From assembly GCA_002402455.1 (NCBI GenBank), contig DHFX01000006.1:20408-84407 (forward strand): a DNA stretch of 64,000 nt. The letters run 5' to 3'. Below, piece after piece: positions 29,592 through 40,374 of the stretch. Numbering within the stretch: position 1 is the first letter of the stretch; every line of letters starts with the position of its first letter. Source of the stretch: Candidatus Dojkabacteria bacterium UBA4813 (GTDB taxonomy: Bacteria > Patescibacteriota > Dojkabacteria > SC72). Both the position numbers and the translations under genes were made by a program. Below the pieces are notes generated by a model. It worked only from the letters and a program-made list of their open reading frames with translations. It was not told the DNA's origin and ran no database searches.

Positions 29592-30122
29592 ATGAAGAAG
29601 AACAAAACAGAAAACAAAAGCAAGGATTTAAGTGCAGATCAATTAGAAAAAAGAATCCAAGAGTTGGCACTTACTATTGACAGAGTGGAAGATGAGAAAT
29701 TAAAGGTAGAAAATCAGTTAAAGAGAGCCTTAGCAGATTACCATAATCTTTTGAAGAACTCTGAGAAGAGAGATAAGCTTAGATTACACCAGATAAAGAG
29801 AAATTTGTACGATACAATAATTCCAACTCTAGATGCTTTAATGTTAGCTGTGGTTGCTAGTAAGGATATAAAGATGGACGAGAGAGGGCAATCTTGGTTA
29901 CAAGGGATATTAGCTACTATTGAAGAGATGAAAAAGGGTTTGAAAGGGATTGGATTTGAACAATATATCCCAGAGAAGGGGGATGATTTTGACAGTAATA
30001 TGCATGAGGCAATAGCAACAGTCCAAGAAGGAGAAAAAGGGAAAATATATGATACTGTTCAACCGGGATATATATTAGATGGGTCAGTAATGCGACCTGC
30101 AAGGGTCGTAGTATCTAAATAG
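29592..30122 (+). CDS. grpE: nucleotide exchange factor GrpE
   Basis: Coiled-coil N-terminus plus C-terminal beta domain with a GrpE-like profile. Positioned between hrcA and dnaK. Confidence 0.85.
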   Translation: MKKNKTENKSKDLSADQLEKRIQELALTIDRVEDEKLKVENQLKRALADYHNLLKNSEKRDKLRLHQIKRNLYDTIIPTLDALMLAVVASKDIKMDERGQSWLQGILATIEEMKKGLKGIGFEQYIPEKGDDFDSNMHEAIATVQEGEKGKIYDTVQPGYILDGSVMRPARVVVSK

Positions 30123-30147
30123 AAATTAAATTTTAACAGATAATATT

Positions 30148-32058
30148 ATGTCAAAAGTAATAGGAATAGATCTAGGAACAACCAATTCGGTCATGGCCTA
30201 TATGGAGGGTGGGAAGCCCAATGTAATTCCAAATGCGCAAGGAGGGAGGTTAACTCCTTCTGTTGTCGCAGAGGATAACAAAGGAGAGATCTTAGTTGGA
30301 GCTCCTGCAAAAAATCAAGCTATAACAAATCCTGAAGGAACTATATATTCAGTTAAAAGATTGATCGGGAGATCTTGGGATGACCCTGAAGTGAAGAAAG
30401 ATAAAGAATTACTTCCTTTTGAAATGAGAAAGTCAGATAGTGGGGGCGTTGAAGTTAAGATGGGAAGTAAGTGGTATACACCTCAGGAAATTTCTGCAAA
30501 AATTCTGTCAAAAATGAAGAAAGATGCGGAGGAATTCTTAGGAGAGGAAGTAGAAGAAGCTGTAATTACAGTTCCCGCCTACTTTGATGACTCACAGAGG
30601 CAGGCTACAAAAGATGCTGGAAAAATAGCAGGTCTTAAAGTTAAAAGAATTGTTAATGAGCCAACCGCGGCTGCATTGGCATACGGTTTAGACAAGGGGA
30701 AGGACGAGAAGGTTGCAATCTTCGACTTGGGAGGAGGAACTTTTGATATCTCAATTCTCGAAATAGGAGACGGAGTTTTTGAAGTTCTCTCTACAAATGG
30801 TGATACTCACTTAGGTGGAGATGACTTTGACCAAGTAATAATAGATTACCTAGCAGATGAATTTAAAGCGAAAGAGGGTTTTGATCTTAGAGAAGATAGA
30901 ACAGCACTACAAAGATTGAGGGAGGCTGCAGAGAAGGCCAAGATGGAGCTTTCTACTTCTGAGGAAACTGAGATAAATATCCCTTACATTACAGCAACCG
31001 ACAAGGGACCAAAACACCTGAATGAGAAGTTGAGTAGAGCCAAACTTGAGCAGTTAACCTCAGATCTAATTGACAAAACAGTAAAACCTTGTGAAAAGGC
31101 TCTTAAAGATGCGAACATTAAAAAAGAAGACGTGGACCAAATTCTCTTGGTCGGTGGTATGACAAGAATGCCTGCAATTGTTAAGAAGGTAAAGGAGATC
31201 TTCGGTAAAGAACCAAACAAGAGTGTAAATCCGGATGAAATAGTAGGAGTTGGAGCAGCAATTCAGGCTGGAGTTTTAGCAGGGGATGTTAAAGATATTA
31301 CCTTACTGGATGTAACACCACTATCTTTGGGTTTAGAGACACTAGGAGGGGTTATGACAAGACTTATAGATAGGAATACGACAATTCCCGTAGAGAAGAA
31401 ACAGATCTTTTCAACAGCTGCAGATAACCAACCTGCAGTAGAGATTCATGTCCTCCAGGGGGAGAGAGAAATGGCACAAGATAATAAAACCTTAGGCAGA
31501 TTCATCTTGGATGGAATTCCACCAGCTCCTAGAGGTGTTCCCCAAATTGAAGTTACATTCTCAATAGATGCAAATGGAATTCTTAATGTTAAAGCCGTAG
31601 ATCTTGCTACCAAGAAAGAACAGAAGATAACGATTACTGCATCGACTGGTCTAAAGGAAGAAGAGATAGACGAGATGGTTAAGGAAGCTGAGAAGCATGC
31701 TGAGGAAGACAAGAAGAAGAGGGAAAGGGCAGAGGTAAGAAATAACGCTGATACTCTTTGCTTTAGTGTTGAAAAGCTACTTAAGGAAAACAAAGATAAA
31801 ATTGATGAGAAACAGAGGGAAGAAATGGAAAAGCTCTCAAATGAACTAAAGAAATTAATAGAAAAGGAGGATTTTGACAAAGAAGAGGTAGAGAAGAAAA
31901 CAGAAGAGCTCTCAGAGAAGATGCAGGAAGTTGGGAAAAGGATGTACGAACAGGCAAGTAAGGAACAATCACCTAAAGAAAAGGAAGAAGAGGACGCAAA
32001 AGGAGGAGATGGTAAGGAAGAGGAGGTTAAAGAAGGAGAGGTTGTAGACGAAAAGTAG
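30148..32058 (+). CDS. dnaK: chaperone DnaK (Hsp70)
   Basis: [18 protein letters not shown], the [15 protein letters not shown] region (the GAAIQAG hinge motif) and an acidic C-terminal tail. Confidence 0.95.
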   Translation: MSKVIGIDLGTTNSVMAYMEGGKPNVIPNAQGGRLTPSVVAEDNKGEILVGAPAKNQAITNPEGTIYSVKRLIGRSWDDPEVKKDKELLPFEMRKSDSGGVEVKMGSKWYTPQEISAKILSKMKKDAEEFLGEEVEEAVITVPAYFDDSQRQATKDAGKIAGLKVKRIVNEPTAAALAYGLDKGKDEKVAIFDLGGGTFDISILEIGDGVFEVLSTNGDTHLGGDDFDQVIIDYLADEFKAKEGFDLREDRTALQRLREAAEKAKMELSTSEETEINIPYITATDKGPKHLNEKLSRAKLEQLTSDLIDKTVKPCEKALKDANIKKEDVDQILLVGGMTRMPAIVKKVKEIFGKEPNKSVNPDEIVGVGAAIQAGVLAGDVKDITLLDVTPLSLGLETLGGVMTRLIDRNTTIPVEKKQIFSTAADNQPAVEIHVLQGEREMAQDNKTLGRFILDGIPPAPRGVPQIEVTFSIDANGILNVKAVDLATKKEQKITITASTGLKEEEIDEMVKEAEKHAEEDKKKRERAEVRNNADTLCFSVEKLLKENKDKIDEKQREEMEKLSNELKKLIEKEDFDKEEVEKKTEELSEKMQEVGKRMYEQASKEQSPKEKEEEDAKGGDGKEEEVKEGEVVDEK

Positions 32059-32067
32059 GTGTGAAAG

Positions 32068-32103
32068 ACGTTGGGAAAGTCATTGGACTTTTCCAACGTT
32101 TAT
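32068..32103 (+). terminator. rho-independent terminator after dnaK (14-bp stem with one mismatch, loop ATTG, then TTAT)
   Basis: acgttgggaaagtc / gacttttccaacgt hairpin at 32068-32099 followed by ttat. Confidence 0.5.
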
Positions 32104-32162
32104 GGTAGCATTTACTATTAATGTGTTGGTTAGTATATCTTTAATATCTTTACTGCCCTAGT

Positions 32163-34493
32163 ATGTTACAAGAATCCACGCAAAATTCTAGAGAAGGAAT
32201 AAATATCTCAACCATACAGAAGTTTCTATTCAAAGGGCTATTATTTTTGCTCCCTCTAACTATTTTCCCCTTCCCTTGGGATTGGACAGAAAGAGGAATG
32301 TCTCTGTTGATACTCTTTGTTTCAACAGTAATCTTGGGTTTAGAGGTTATAAAGCTTCTCTGGGGAGGTACTTTCAGTATTCTAAAGAGTTCAATAGATA
32401 TAGGTTTTTTTCTAATCTTGTTCTCATATTTGTTGTCAACAATCTTCTCAGTAGATATAAACACTAGTCTATGGGGAATCGATGGAAGGTTGGGAAGTGG
32501 ATTAATTGTGTTTATTGCTGTTTTATTAGTAAGTATAGTCGCAAGAGGATTTATAAAAGGGGAAAAAGATGTTCGTTCTCTCATATTTATTTTTTTAATT
32601 GGCTTCTTTATTAATAACGTGTTGAGCTTGTTCTCTTTCTTCGGGTTTAATGTTTGGGGATTTATTCCTGTTTATAAAGACTTATATCAAGCAGGATTGC
32701 CTCTGTTAAGATTTGGAGGTGTCCATCTTCTTGTAAATTTTGTTAGTCTAATTCTTTCTCTAGGACTAATAGGTGAATATCTAATAAGTCAGAAAAGAAA
32801 GGTAGAATTTATAATGTCCATAATTTTTGGACTTTTTTCTGCAATAAATGTCTGGGTATTTTCTATCAATGAGGGTTTGGTAACAATCTCCGTTCTATTA
32901 GTTCTATTGATAGGATTATTGATCCCAGTGCTGAAATTTATAAAAATAGATAAAGAAACCTCGCGTCAGGTATTTCTTCTCTCTTTAATAACTGTTTTTA
33001 TAGTCATTATTCCCGTAATTTTCTTGCAAATTCCGAACATTAGGGAATCTATTTTACCTAAAGATTTAGAGGTAGTTTCCGAGCTTTCTCTCGGATTTGA
33101 CCTTTCTTGGAAGATTTTTGCTTCTACTATTGTTAATGGATTTGTACCGGGATTCTTAGGATATGGTTTGGGAACATATCCGATTGCATATAATAAATTC
33201 AAACCGTTAGATACAGGGCTTCTTTCTTTAGGGGACTCTACTTTTCAAATGGGGGTAAGCGAGGTTCTTACAAAAATTACTACTGGGGGATTTCTGTGGT
33301 TTTTTGTTTGGCTCTTTGTAGGGTTTTTAATAATCAAGTCTTTCATAAAGGATCTTAAGGATGCAAGAGAAATAAATGACACTAGTGGAGCTTGGAGATT
33401 TTTAATAATAGATGTTACATTACTGGTATTATTCGTTGCCTCTTTCTTCTTTTCATTTACTGTTTTAATAACTTTCTTACTACTAACTTTGGTTTCCATC
33501 CGGTCAATAATAAGAGAATATTTAAAGGGTTCTCCTGGGGATAAATTCATATTAAAGTTCTGGGCTGTTAATTTGGATAGTCTATCTAGTGGAAATAAGT
33601 CTTTATACAACTTTAATATTTTTCTGACGGTTATTGTCGCTATCATATCCGTATTTTTACTCGGAGTCTGTTTCACAAAAACAGTATCAAGCTTCCATGT
33701 TTTAGGGGCTGAGGCATACTCGATTAGAGAAAATAGAAAATATCAGGACGATCCGGAGGCTCAGCCAACACTTGAGGAAAGAGAGAAATTTGCGCTAGAG
33801 GTAGATAACTATTATTCTAAGGCTTTAGCTCTAGATGAGGATAACCCTTTTTACAATAGAAAGAAGGCGCTTATTCTACTAGAACAGTTGGGTGTTGTTG
33901 CAGAGGCATACTCTAAGATACCCGAAGAAGATACGGAACAGAGAGACCAATATCTACAAGCAATTATGACTCTTAAGAACAATGCCGTGGAATTCGCAAG
34001 AAAAGCAACAGATATCTCTCCGGCTGTTTATGCTAATTGGCTGACAAGATCAACAGTTTATACTGGTCTGGTGGGAGCAGGTTTTGATGAGCATATATCT
34101 GATGCTATAAATTCATTAGAGATGGCAATAACTCTCAATCCTCTTAACTACCAACTTTACAATACACTTGCCCAAGTTTATATAGTAAAAGGGGATCAAG
34201 CAGTTGCACTACAGTATCTATTAGAAGTTCTTCGTATTAATCCGAGACATATTCCTTCTATACTTCTAGCTGCAGACTTAAGTAAAGAAGCAGAAGATAT
34301 GGAGTCATATGTAGCTTACCTAGAGGCAGCAAAATTGATCCTTGAACAGGAAGAAGCTACGGAACTGGACCTTTACCAAGAAGTACTTACTGCTCTTGAG
34401 GAAGCTGATGCTGGGGATGTAGAATTACCAAAGGAACCTGAAGAAGGTGGGGAGGTAGGGGTACCAGAGCCGGATTCGGAGGTTTCTGAATAG
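32163..34493 (+). CDS. polytopic membrane protein with C-terminal TPR repeats (O-antigen ligase/Wzy_C-like architecture)
   Basis: About 12 TM helices in the first ~500 aa, then TPR-like helical repeats and an acidic tail (EEADAGDVELPKEPEEGGEVGVPEPDSEVSE). The family call is by architecture only. Confidence 0.45.
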   Translation: MLQESTQNSREGINISTIQKFLFKGLLFLLPLTIFPFPWDWTERGMSLLILFVSTVILGLEVIKLLWGGTFSILKSSIDIGFFLILFSYLLSTIFSVDINTSLWGIDGRLGSGLIVFIAVLLVSIVARGFIKGEKDVRSLIFIFLIGFFINNVLSLFSFFGFNVWGFIPVYKDLYQAGLPLLRFGGVHLLVNFVSLILSLGLIGEYLISQKRKVEFIMSIIFGLFSAINVWVFSINEGLVTISVLLVLLIGLLIPVLKFIKIDKETSRQVFLLSLITVFIVIIPVIFLQIPNIRESILPKDLEVVSELSLGFDLSWKIFASTIVNGFVPGFLGYGLGTYPIAYNKFKPLDTGLLSLGDSTFQMGVSEVLTKITTGGFLWFFVWLFVGFLIIKSFIKDLKDAREINDTSGAWRFLIIDVTLLVLFVASFFFSFTVLITFLLLTLVSIRSIIREYLKGSPGDKFILKFWAVNLDSLSSGNKSLYNFNIFLTVIVAIISVFLLGVCFTKTVSSFHVLGAEAYSIRENRKYQDDPEAQPTLEEREKFALEVDNYYSKALALDEDNPFYNRKKALILLEQLGVVAEAYSKIPEEDTEQRDQYLQAIMTLKNNAVEFARKATDISPAVYANWLTRSTVYTGLVGAGFDEHISDAINSLEMAITLNPLNYQLYNTLAQVYIVKGDQAVALQYLLEVLRINPRHIPSILLAADLSKEAEDMESYVAYLEAAKLILEQEEATELDLYQEVLTALEEADAGDVELPKEPEEGGEVGVPEPDSEVSE

Positions 34494-35197
34494 TACGGTC
34501 TTCCTCTGAACAGACACAAGGCATTTATTTCAGTATCTTTGCTAACATTCTTTCTGAGTACTAATGAGATGGCTTCTAATGTTGCTCCCGTTGTTATTAC
34601 ATCATCCAGTATTGTTATACTTGAAAATTCGTCTAGGGAGAGACTATTTCTAAGAGTGAAAGTTCCCTCTTTAATCTCTTTCCTCTCATCTTTGTCTCTT
34701 AGAGATTGATGACCATAACTATCTTTTCTTATTATTTGATCTTCAAGAAATGGAATATTGAAAACTTCTGCCACCCTTTTTGCTATTTCAGTCGTTTGGT
34801 TAAACCCCCTCTCATGTAATCTATCTTTTGCCAAAGGGACATTTGTTAAAAGTGTTCCCTTTAGCTTTTTATCAAAAGTAGAGTTTTTAATACTCTCAAT
34901 AAAGATTTCTATTAACGTATGCGAAATACTCTGGACGTAATTATATTTATATTTTTTTAAAAGAATGGAGGATAGAGAATTATATTCCCAAGCAACAAAG
35001 ACATGATTGAGAGAATTCTCTTTTCTTTCCTCCTTACACTCATAATGTGTTTTGTAATCAGGGGAAATCTTTCTACAAATATAACATTCCGGAAGAGCTC
35101 TTTTAAAAAGTTTTTTGCAATGGTTACAGAGATAAGAGCCTTTCTTCCCACATATAGCACAGCTTTTTGGGAAAATGGTGTCTAGGAAATTGGCCAT
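34373..35197 (-). CDS. comF: ComF-family competence protein / phosphoribosyltransferase
   Basis: N-terminal Cys4 zinc finger (CAICGKKGSYLCNHC...CYIC) and PRTase motif ITILDDVITTGATL. The 3' end overlaps the convergent TPR gene by 121 nt and encodes an S/T/P-rich tail that may be an annotation artefact. Confidence 0.65.
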   Translation of the reverse strand: MANFLDTIFPKSCAICGKKGSYLCNHCKKLFKRALPECYICRKISPDYKTHYECKEERKENSLNHVFVAWEYNSLSSILLKKYKYNYVQSISHTLIEIFIESIKNSTFDKKLKGTLLTNVPLAKDRLHERGFNQTTEIAKRVAEVFNIPFLEDQIIRKDSYGHQSLRDKDERKEIKEGTFTLRNSLSLDEFSSITILDDVITTGATLEAISLVLRKNVSKDTEINALCLFRGRPYYSETSESGSGTPTSPPSSGSFGNSTSPASASSRAVSTSW

Positions 35198-35310
35198 CCT
35201 AAATCTTTGCAGAAGAAGATTAAAATTAGGTTAAGCCTTTTCTGTTGTATATCTCATTGATAAAAATATTAGATTAAATTATCATATACCCATACTCAAT
35301 ACTCTAGATT

Positions 35311-37110
35311 ATGTTAAAAATTCTTAAACAAAAAAATAGCATCTCGTTTGTAATGCTTCTTTTGCTTATTACAAAAATCCTCGGATTCTTAAAGCTAAGA
35401 ACAATAGCCCAGCTGTTTGGAGTCTCTCATGAATTAGATATCTTTTGGGCGGCTTTTACGATTCCAGATATGTTATTCATGCTCTTAGTGGCGGGTTCTA
35501 TAAACGCAGCAATCATTCCTACTCTTTCAGAAATATTTAGAAAGGAAGGAAAGGATTCCTTAGACAAATTCTTTAACCACTTAATGGTTATAGTTTCCTC
35601 ACTCCTTATTTTTATTGCCCTTATCCTCTTTATTTTTACTCCTCAATTGGCAACACTATTAACAGAGTCAGAGGTATTGCAGGATTTTCTGAAATTTGGA
35701 CAAAGAGTAGGTTCTGGGGATTTTGATTTATTTGTTTCTTTGACAAGAATTATGATGCTCTCTCCAGTACTCCTGGGGATTAGTGGTCTAGTCACAGGAT
35801 ATTTACAGGTAAGGAAGCAATTCTTTGTTACCTCTCTTGCACCTCTCTTCTACAATTTAGCGATGATTCTTGGATCAGTGGTTTTGGTTGTAGGATTCAA
35901 TATGGGTGTTGAGGGAGTTGCCATTTCTGCAGTATTAGGTTCTCTCGTACATCTTCTTGTTCAGATCCCTAAATTTAAAGAATATTTTGACAGTCCCATT
36001 GAGTTCGGGATATCACCCTTAATTGAGGGATTAAAACACAACAAGACAATGCAAGCTGTCAGACTAGCTTTACCCAGAACAATCGCAGTTTTAGGAGAAC
36101 AAATAAATACCATAGTTAATACCCTAATAAGTTTTTCACTTGCAGCAGGTGCTCTTAGCGCCTATAAATTTGCTGTAAGTTTGCATCTGTTTCCTATAAA
36201 TATCATTGGGAGTGCAATTGCCCAAGTTGCTCTACCTAGTCTTGAGGAGAGTTGCGAAGATGAAGATAAATATTGTAAGGTTTTGAACAGTTCCATACAG
36301 AAAGCTCTTTTTTTGGTCTTACCAATAGTTTCTATTTTGATAATTTTAAGACTACCCATAGTCCGACTTGCTTATGGAGTTGGAGCATTTGACTGGAGAG
36401 CTACAATCTTAACGGCATGGTGTCTGCTTCTCCTTAGTTTCTCTGTTATTGGTCAGAGCATAGATCAGATCTTACTAAGAGCATTTTATGCTCTTAAAGA
36501 GACGTGGCTCCCCTTAATAGCCGTTACGGTTGGGATTATTGTTAATATCGGTTTCGCAATTTTTCTGACTAACTTTCTAAGTCACTACTATGACTGGAGG
36601 CCAATTCTTGAACAAATGTTTATGCAGATTAAAGATTCTAATGGTGCAGGATTAGGTCCTGTTCTTGGTTCTTTCATAAAAGATTCCGTAAGGTGGGCAA
36701 CTACAAGAGGGACTTCAGATCTTGCTGTCGGAGGTTTGTCTCTTAGCTTAAGTATCTCTTACTTAGTAGAAATGGTTGTTTTATCCCTCCTTTTGAATTT
36801 AAAAGTAAAAGTTATTACTTGGAAGAAGACAATTATTCCGTCTTTAATGAAACTAATGAATGCCTTTCTAATGAGTTTGGGAATGTATTTTGTTTTTAAG
36901 CTTTTCGACTTCCAGCTAGATACTACAAGGACAATATCTATTGTTATCTTAACTGTGGTAACTACAGCGTATGGTTTTCTCTCCTATTTTGTTGGTTGCA
37001 AAGTCTTTGGAATTCAAGAAGTTAACTTATTGGATGAAATAATTGAAGATATTAAAAAGAATTTATTTAAAAGAAAGAAAAGGAAAGTCGATGTTCAAGA
37101 AGGTATTTAG
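35311..37110 (+). CDS. murJ: lipid II flippase MurJ (MviN family)
   Basis: N-terminus KILGFLKLRTIAQLFGVSHELDIFWAAFTIPDMLF is MurJ-typical. About 14 TM helices. Confidence 0.8.
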   Translation: MLKILKQKNSISFVMLLLLITKILGFLKLRTIAQLFGVSHELDIFWAAFTIPDMLFMLLVAGSINAAIIPTLSEIFRKEGKDSLDKFFNHLMVIVSSLLIFIALILFIFTPQLATLLTESEVLQDFLKFGQRVGSGDFDLFVSLTRIMMLSPVLLGISGLVTGYLQVRKQFFVTSLAPLFYNLAMILGSVVLVVGFNMGVEGVAISAVLGSLVHLLVQIPKFKEYFDSPIEFGISPLIEGLKHNKTMQAVRLALPRTIAVLGEQINTIVNTLISFSLAAGALSAYKFAVSLHLFPINIIGSAIAQVALPSLEESCEDEDKYCKVLNSSIQKALFLVLPIVSILIILRLPIVRLAYGVGAFDWRATILTAWCLLLLSFSVIGQSIDQILLRAFYALKETWLPLIAVTVGIIVNIGFAIFLTNFLSHYYDWRPILEQMFMQIKDSNGAGLGPVLGSFIKDSVRWATTRGTSDLAVGGLSLSLSISYLVEMVVLSLLLNLKVKVITWKKTIIPSLMKLMNAFLMSLGMYFVFKLFDFQLDTTRTISIVILTVVTTAYGFLSYFVGCKVFGIQEVNLLDEIIEDIKKNLFKRKKRKVDVQEGI

Positions 37111-37696
37111 AATTCTCTTATTAGTATTTCTTTTTGTAACTATTGCTTTAGTGGCTGTAGACTTTGTTTCTTATCTTGGATATTCTAAATGGGAAGAGGA
37201 AGAACTATCTAAACAAGATATAACCTGTATGTCAGATATTACGGTGGAATCTTCCATCGTAGAAGATAAAATAAAGAAATTTACACTCTCGGATACCAGA
37301 ACAGACTTTATTGTTTTAACTGAATCAGAGATGCTTTATCTGCTTGGGGAAAACTTTACAGAGGAGGGGGGAGATATATCTGTTGAAGATATTTGTCTTA
37401 AACCATCTCAAGGATTATGGCAGCTGTATCTAAAAAGCGAGTACAAAGGGATATCTATTCCATGGTTGGTTTTAGATATAGCAAAGGACAATATTGAAAC
37501 TGCAGAGGTATATGTTAGAAAAGTGTACATAGGAAACTTGAATCTTCCGGAGTTTTTAGAAGCTAGATTGAAGGGAGATTTAAATAAGGGAATATCTGAT
37601 GGCATTATAATGCTTAATGAAAATAATTTCCTAGGGAGAAGAATAGACAATATAGAATTACTTGAGGACAGGGTTGTATTCAAAGGAACAAGGTAG
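37091..37696 (+). CDS. hypothetical signal-anchored exported protein
   Basis: Start placed at an internal Met (MFKKVFRILLLVFLFVTIALVAV). The track ORF starts at 37043, inside murJ. No recognisable domain. Confidence 0.4.
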   Translation: MFKKVFRILLLVFLFVTIALVAVDFVSYLGYSKWEEEELSKQDITCMSDITVESSIVEDKIKKFTLSDTRTDFIVLTESEMLYLLGENFTEEGGDISVEDICLKPSQGLWQLYLKSEYKGISIPWLVLDIAKDNIETAEVYVRKVYIGNLNLPEFLEARLKGDLNKGISDGIIMLNENNFLGRRIDNIELLEDRVVFKGTR

Positions 37697-37782
37697 ATCC
37701 CTTAATGTCCTTTATTTAACCTATATCTTTATTTAATTACAATTAAGACTTGAAGAAAGTCAACCCTCTGTGATACAATTCT

Positions 37783-37809
37783 TTGGCAATCATTAAATTA
37801 ATCTGCTAA
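37783..37809 (+). promoter_or_regulatory. degenerate CIRCE-like HrcA operator (TTGGCAATC-N9-ATCTGCTAA)
   Basis: Same TTRGCA-N15-TGCTAA geometry as the site upstream of hrcA. Ends 6 nt before the groES ATG. Confidence 0.45.
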
Positions 37810-37815
37810 AAATCT

Positions 37816-38115
37816 ATGGCAAAAAGTATAAAAATACAACCAATAGGAAACAGAGTTTTAGTAAAACCTGATGAAATAGAGGAAAAAACATCAGGAGGAT
37901 TGGTTCTCCCACCTAGTGCAAGCGAGGATCAGAAGCCCGAAACAGGCACTATTATTAAGCTGGGAAAAGGCAAAATTGACGGGAAGGAAGTTTCCTTTGA
38001 AGTTTCTGTAGGAGACAGAATTTATTTTAAGAAATATTCTCCGGATGAAATTTTAATAGACGGAGATAAATACCTTTTACTCAACGAAGAAGATATTCTT
38101 GCAATCATTAAATAG
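37816..38115 (+). CDS. groES: co-chaperonin GroES
   Basis: IQPIGNRVLVKPDEIEEKTSGGLVLP matches the mobile-loop region of the GroES consensus. Confidence 0.9.
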   Translation: MAKSIKIQPIGNRVLVKPDEIEEKTSGGLVLPPSASEDQKPETGTIIKLGKGKIDGKEVSFEVSVGDRIYFKKYSPDEILIDGDKYLLLNEEDILAIIK

Positions 38116-38128
38116 TTAAATTTATTAG

Positions 38129-39769
<1,641 letters not shown>

Positions 39770-39781
39770 TCTCTTTTTCTA

Positions 39782-39833
39782 AAATAAATCTTCTATAAAA
39801 TAAGTCTTCTAGAACAAATCTTCTAAAATAAAT
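39782..39833. repeat. three degenerate ~17-nt tandem repeats (AAAATAARTCTTCTA-like) between the groEL stop and its terminator
   Basis: aaataaatcttctat / aaaataagtcttctag / aacaaatcttctaaaataaat, read directly from the sequence. Confidence 0.3.
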
Positions 39834-39835
39834 AA

Positions 39836-39857
39836 GGGAGGCAAAAGCCTCCCCTTT
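39836..39857. terminator. bidirectional rho-independent terminator (GGGAGGC-AAAA-GCCTCCC)
   Basis: Perfect 7-bp GC-rich stem. A T-run follows on the plus side (cttt) and a longer one on the minus side (ttatttatttt). Serves convergent groEL and the minus-strand metallohydrolase gene. Confidence 0.6.
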
Positions 39858-39875
39858 ACGTCTTTTATATCTTTT

Positions 39876-40340
39876 TTATTTTTTACTAGAGATAATGTCT
39901 ATCCAATTATCCTTTAGCCAAGTATCTGCTTTCTCTTGTTCCTCTAACAACCCTCTCTTTGCTAATTCCTTATCTATAACATTCCCTTGATGGGGATTCT
40001 TAAACCTCTTCTGAAGAGGGGAACTAAAACCATGTGTGTAATGACATAGTTCATGAGCAATAGTTGCTCTAATAACAAACTCAGGAATATTCTCATCTTG
40101 GAAATATCTTGTAATGGTTATTACAGTAATACTCTTGTCATCTTGTATTTCATAATCTTCTCTCATTCTTCTTAGCAATCCCTTGATTCTAGTTCTTTCT
40201 GTTGCGAGCTTAATACTTCCTAATTGTCTTTGGGAATATTTCCCATACTTGATTAGAACTAAATTCCTCCTAGGAACATCACAGAAATGATTCTCCCAGA
40301 GTTCATACAATAAATTTTCTAAAAATTTCTCATTTCTCAT
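39876..40340 (-). CDS. putative zinc metallohydrolase (DUF45/YgjP/WLM-like, HExxH)
   Basis: IAHELCHYTHG is an HExxH motif in a ~150-aa protein with the conserved basic N-terminal region seen in YgjP-type proteins. Confidence 0.55.
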   Translation of the reverse strand: MRNEKFLENLLYELWENHFCDVPRRNLVLIKYGKYSQRQLGSIKLATERTRIKGLLRRMREDYEIQDDKSITVITITRYFQDENIPEFVIRATIAHELCHYTHGFSSPLQKRFKNPHQGNVIDKELAKRGLLEEQEKADTWLKDNWIDIISSKK

Positions 40341-40374
40341 TTTCCTACCTCTTTAAGCATGCTATCATATTCTA

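Noticed and set aside
31446-32096. 216-aa and other antisense ORFs inside dnaK, rpoB, rpoC, ftsK and the 998-aa gene (e.g. 16545..18301 plus strand, 22655..23128 minus strand)
   Set aside because: All lie antisense within strongly supported conserved genes and are Ser/Leu-rich low-complexity shadow frames. No motifs.
37783-37809. Possible sigma-54 promoter (TGGCA...TTGC) at the groES upstream element
   Set aside because: The -24/-12 spacing and the GC/TTGCA elements do not fit. The TTRGCA-N15-TGCTAA geometry matches CIRCE instead.
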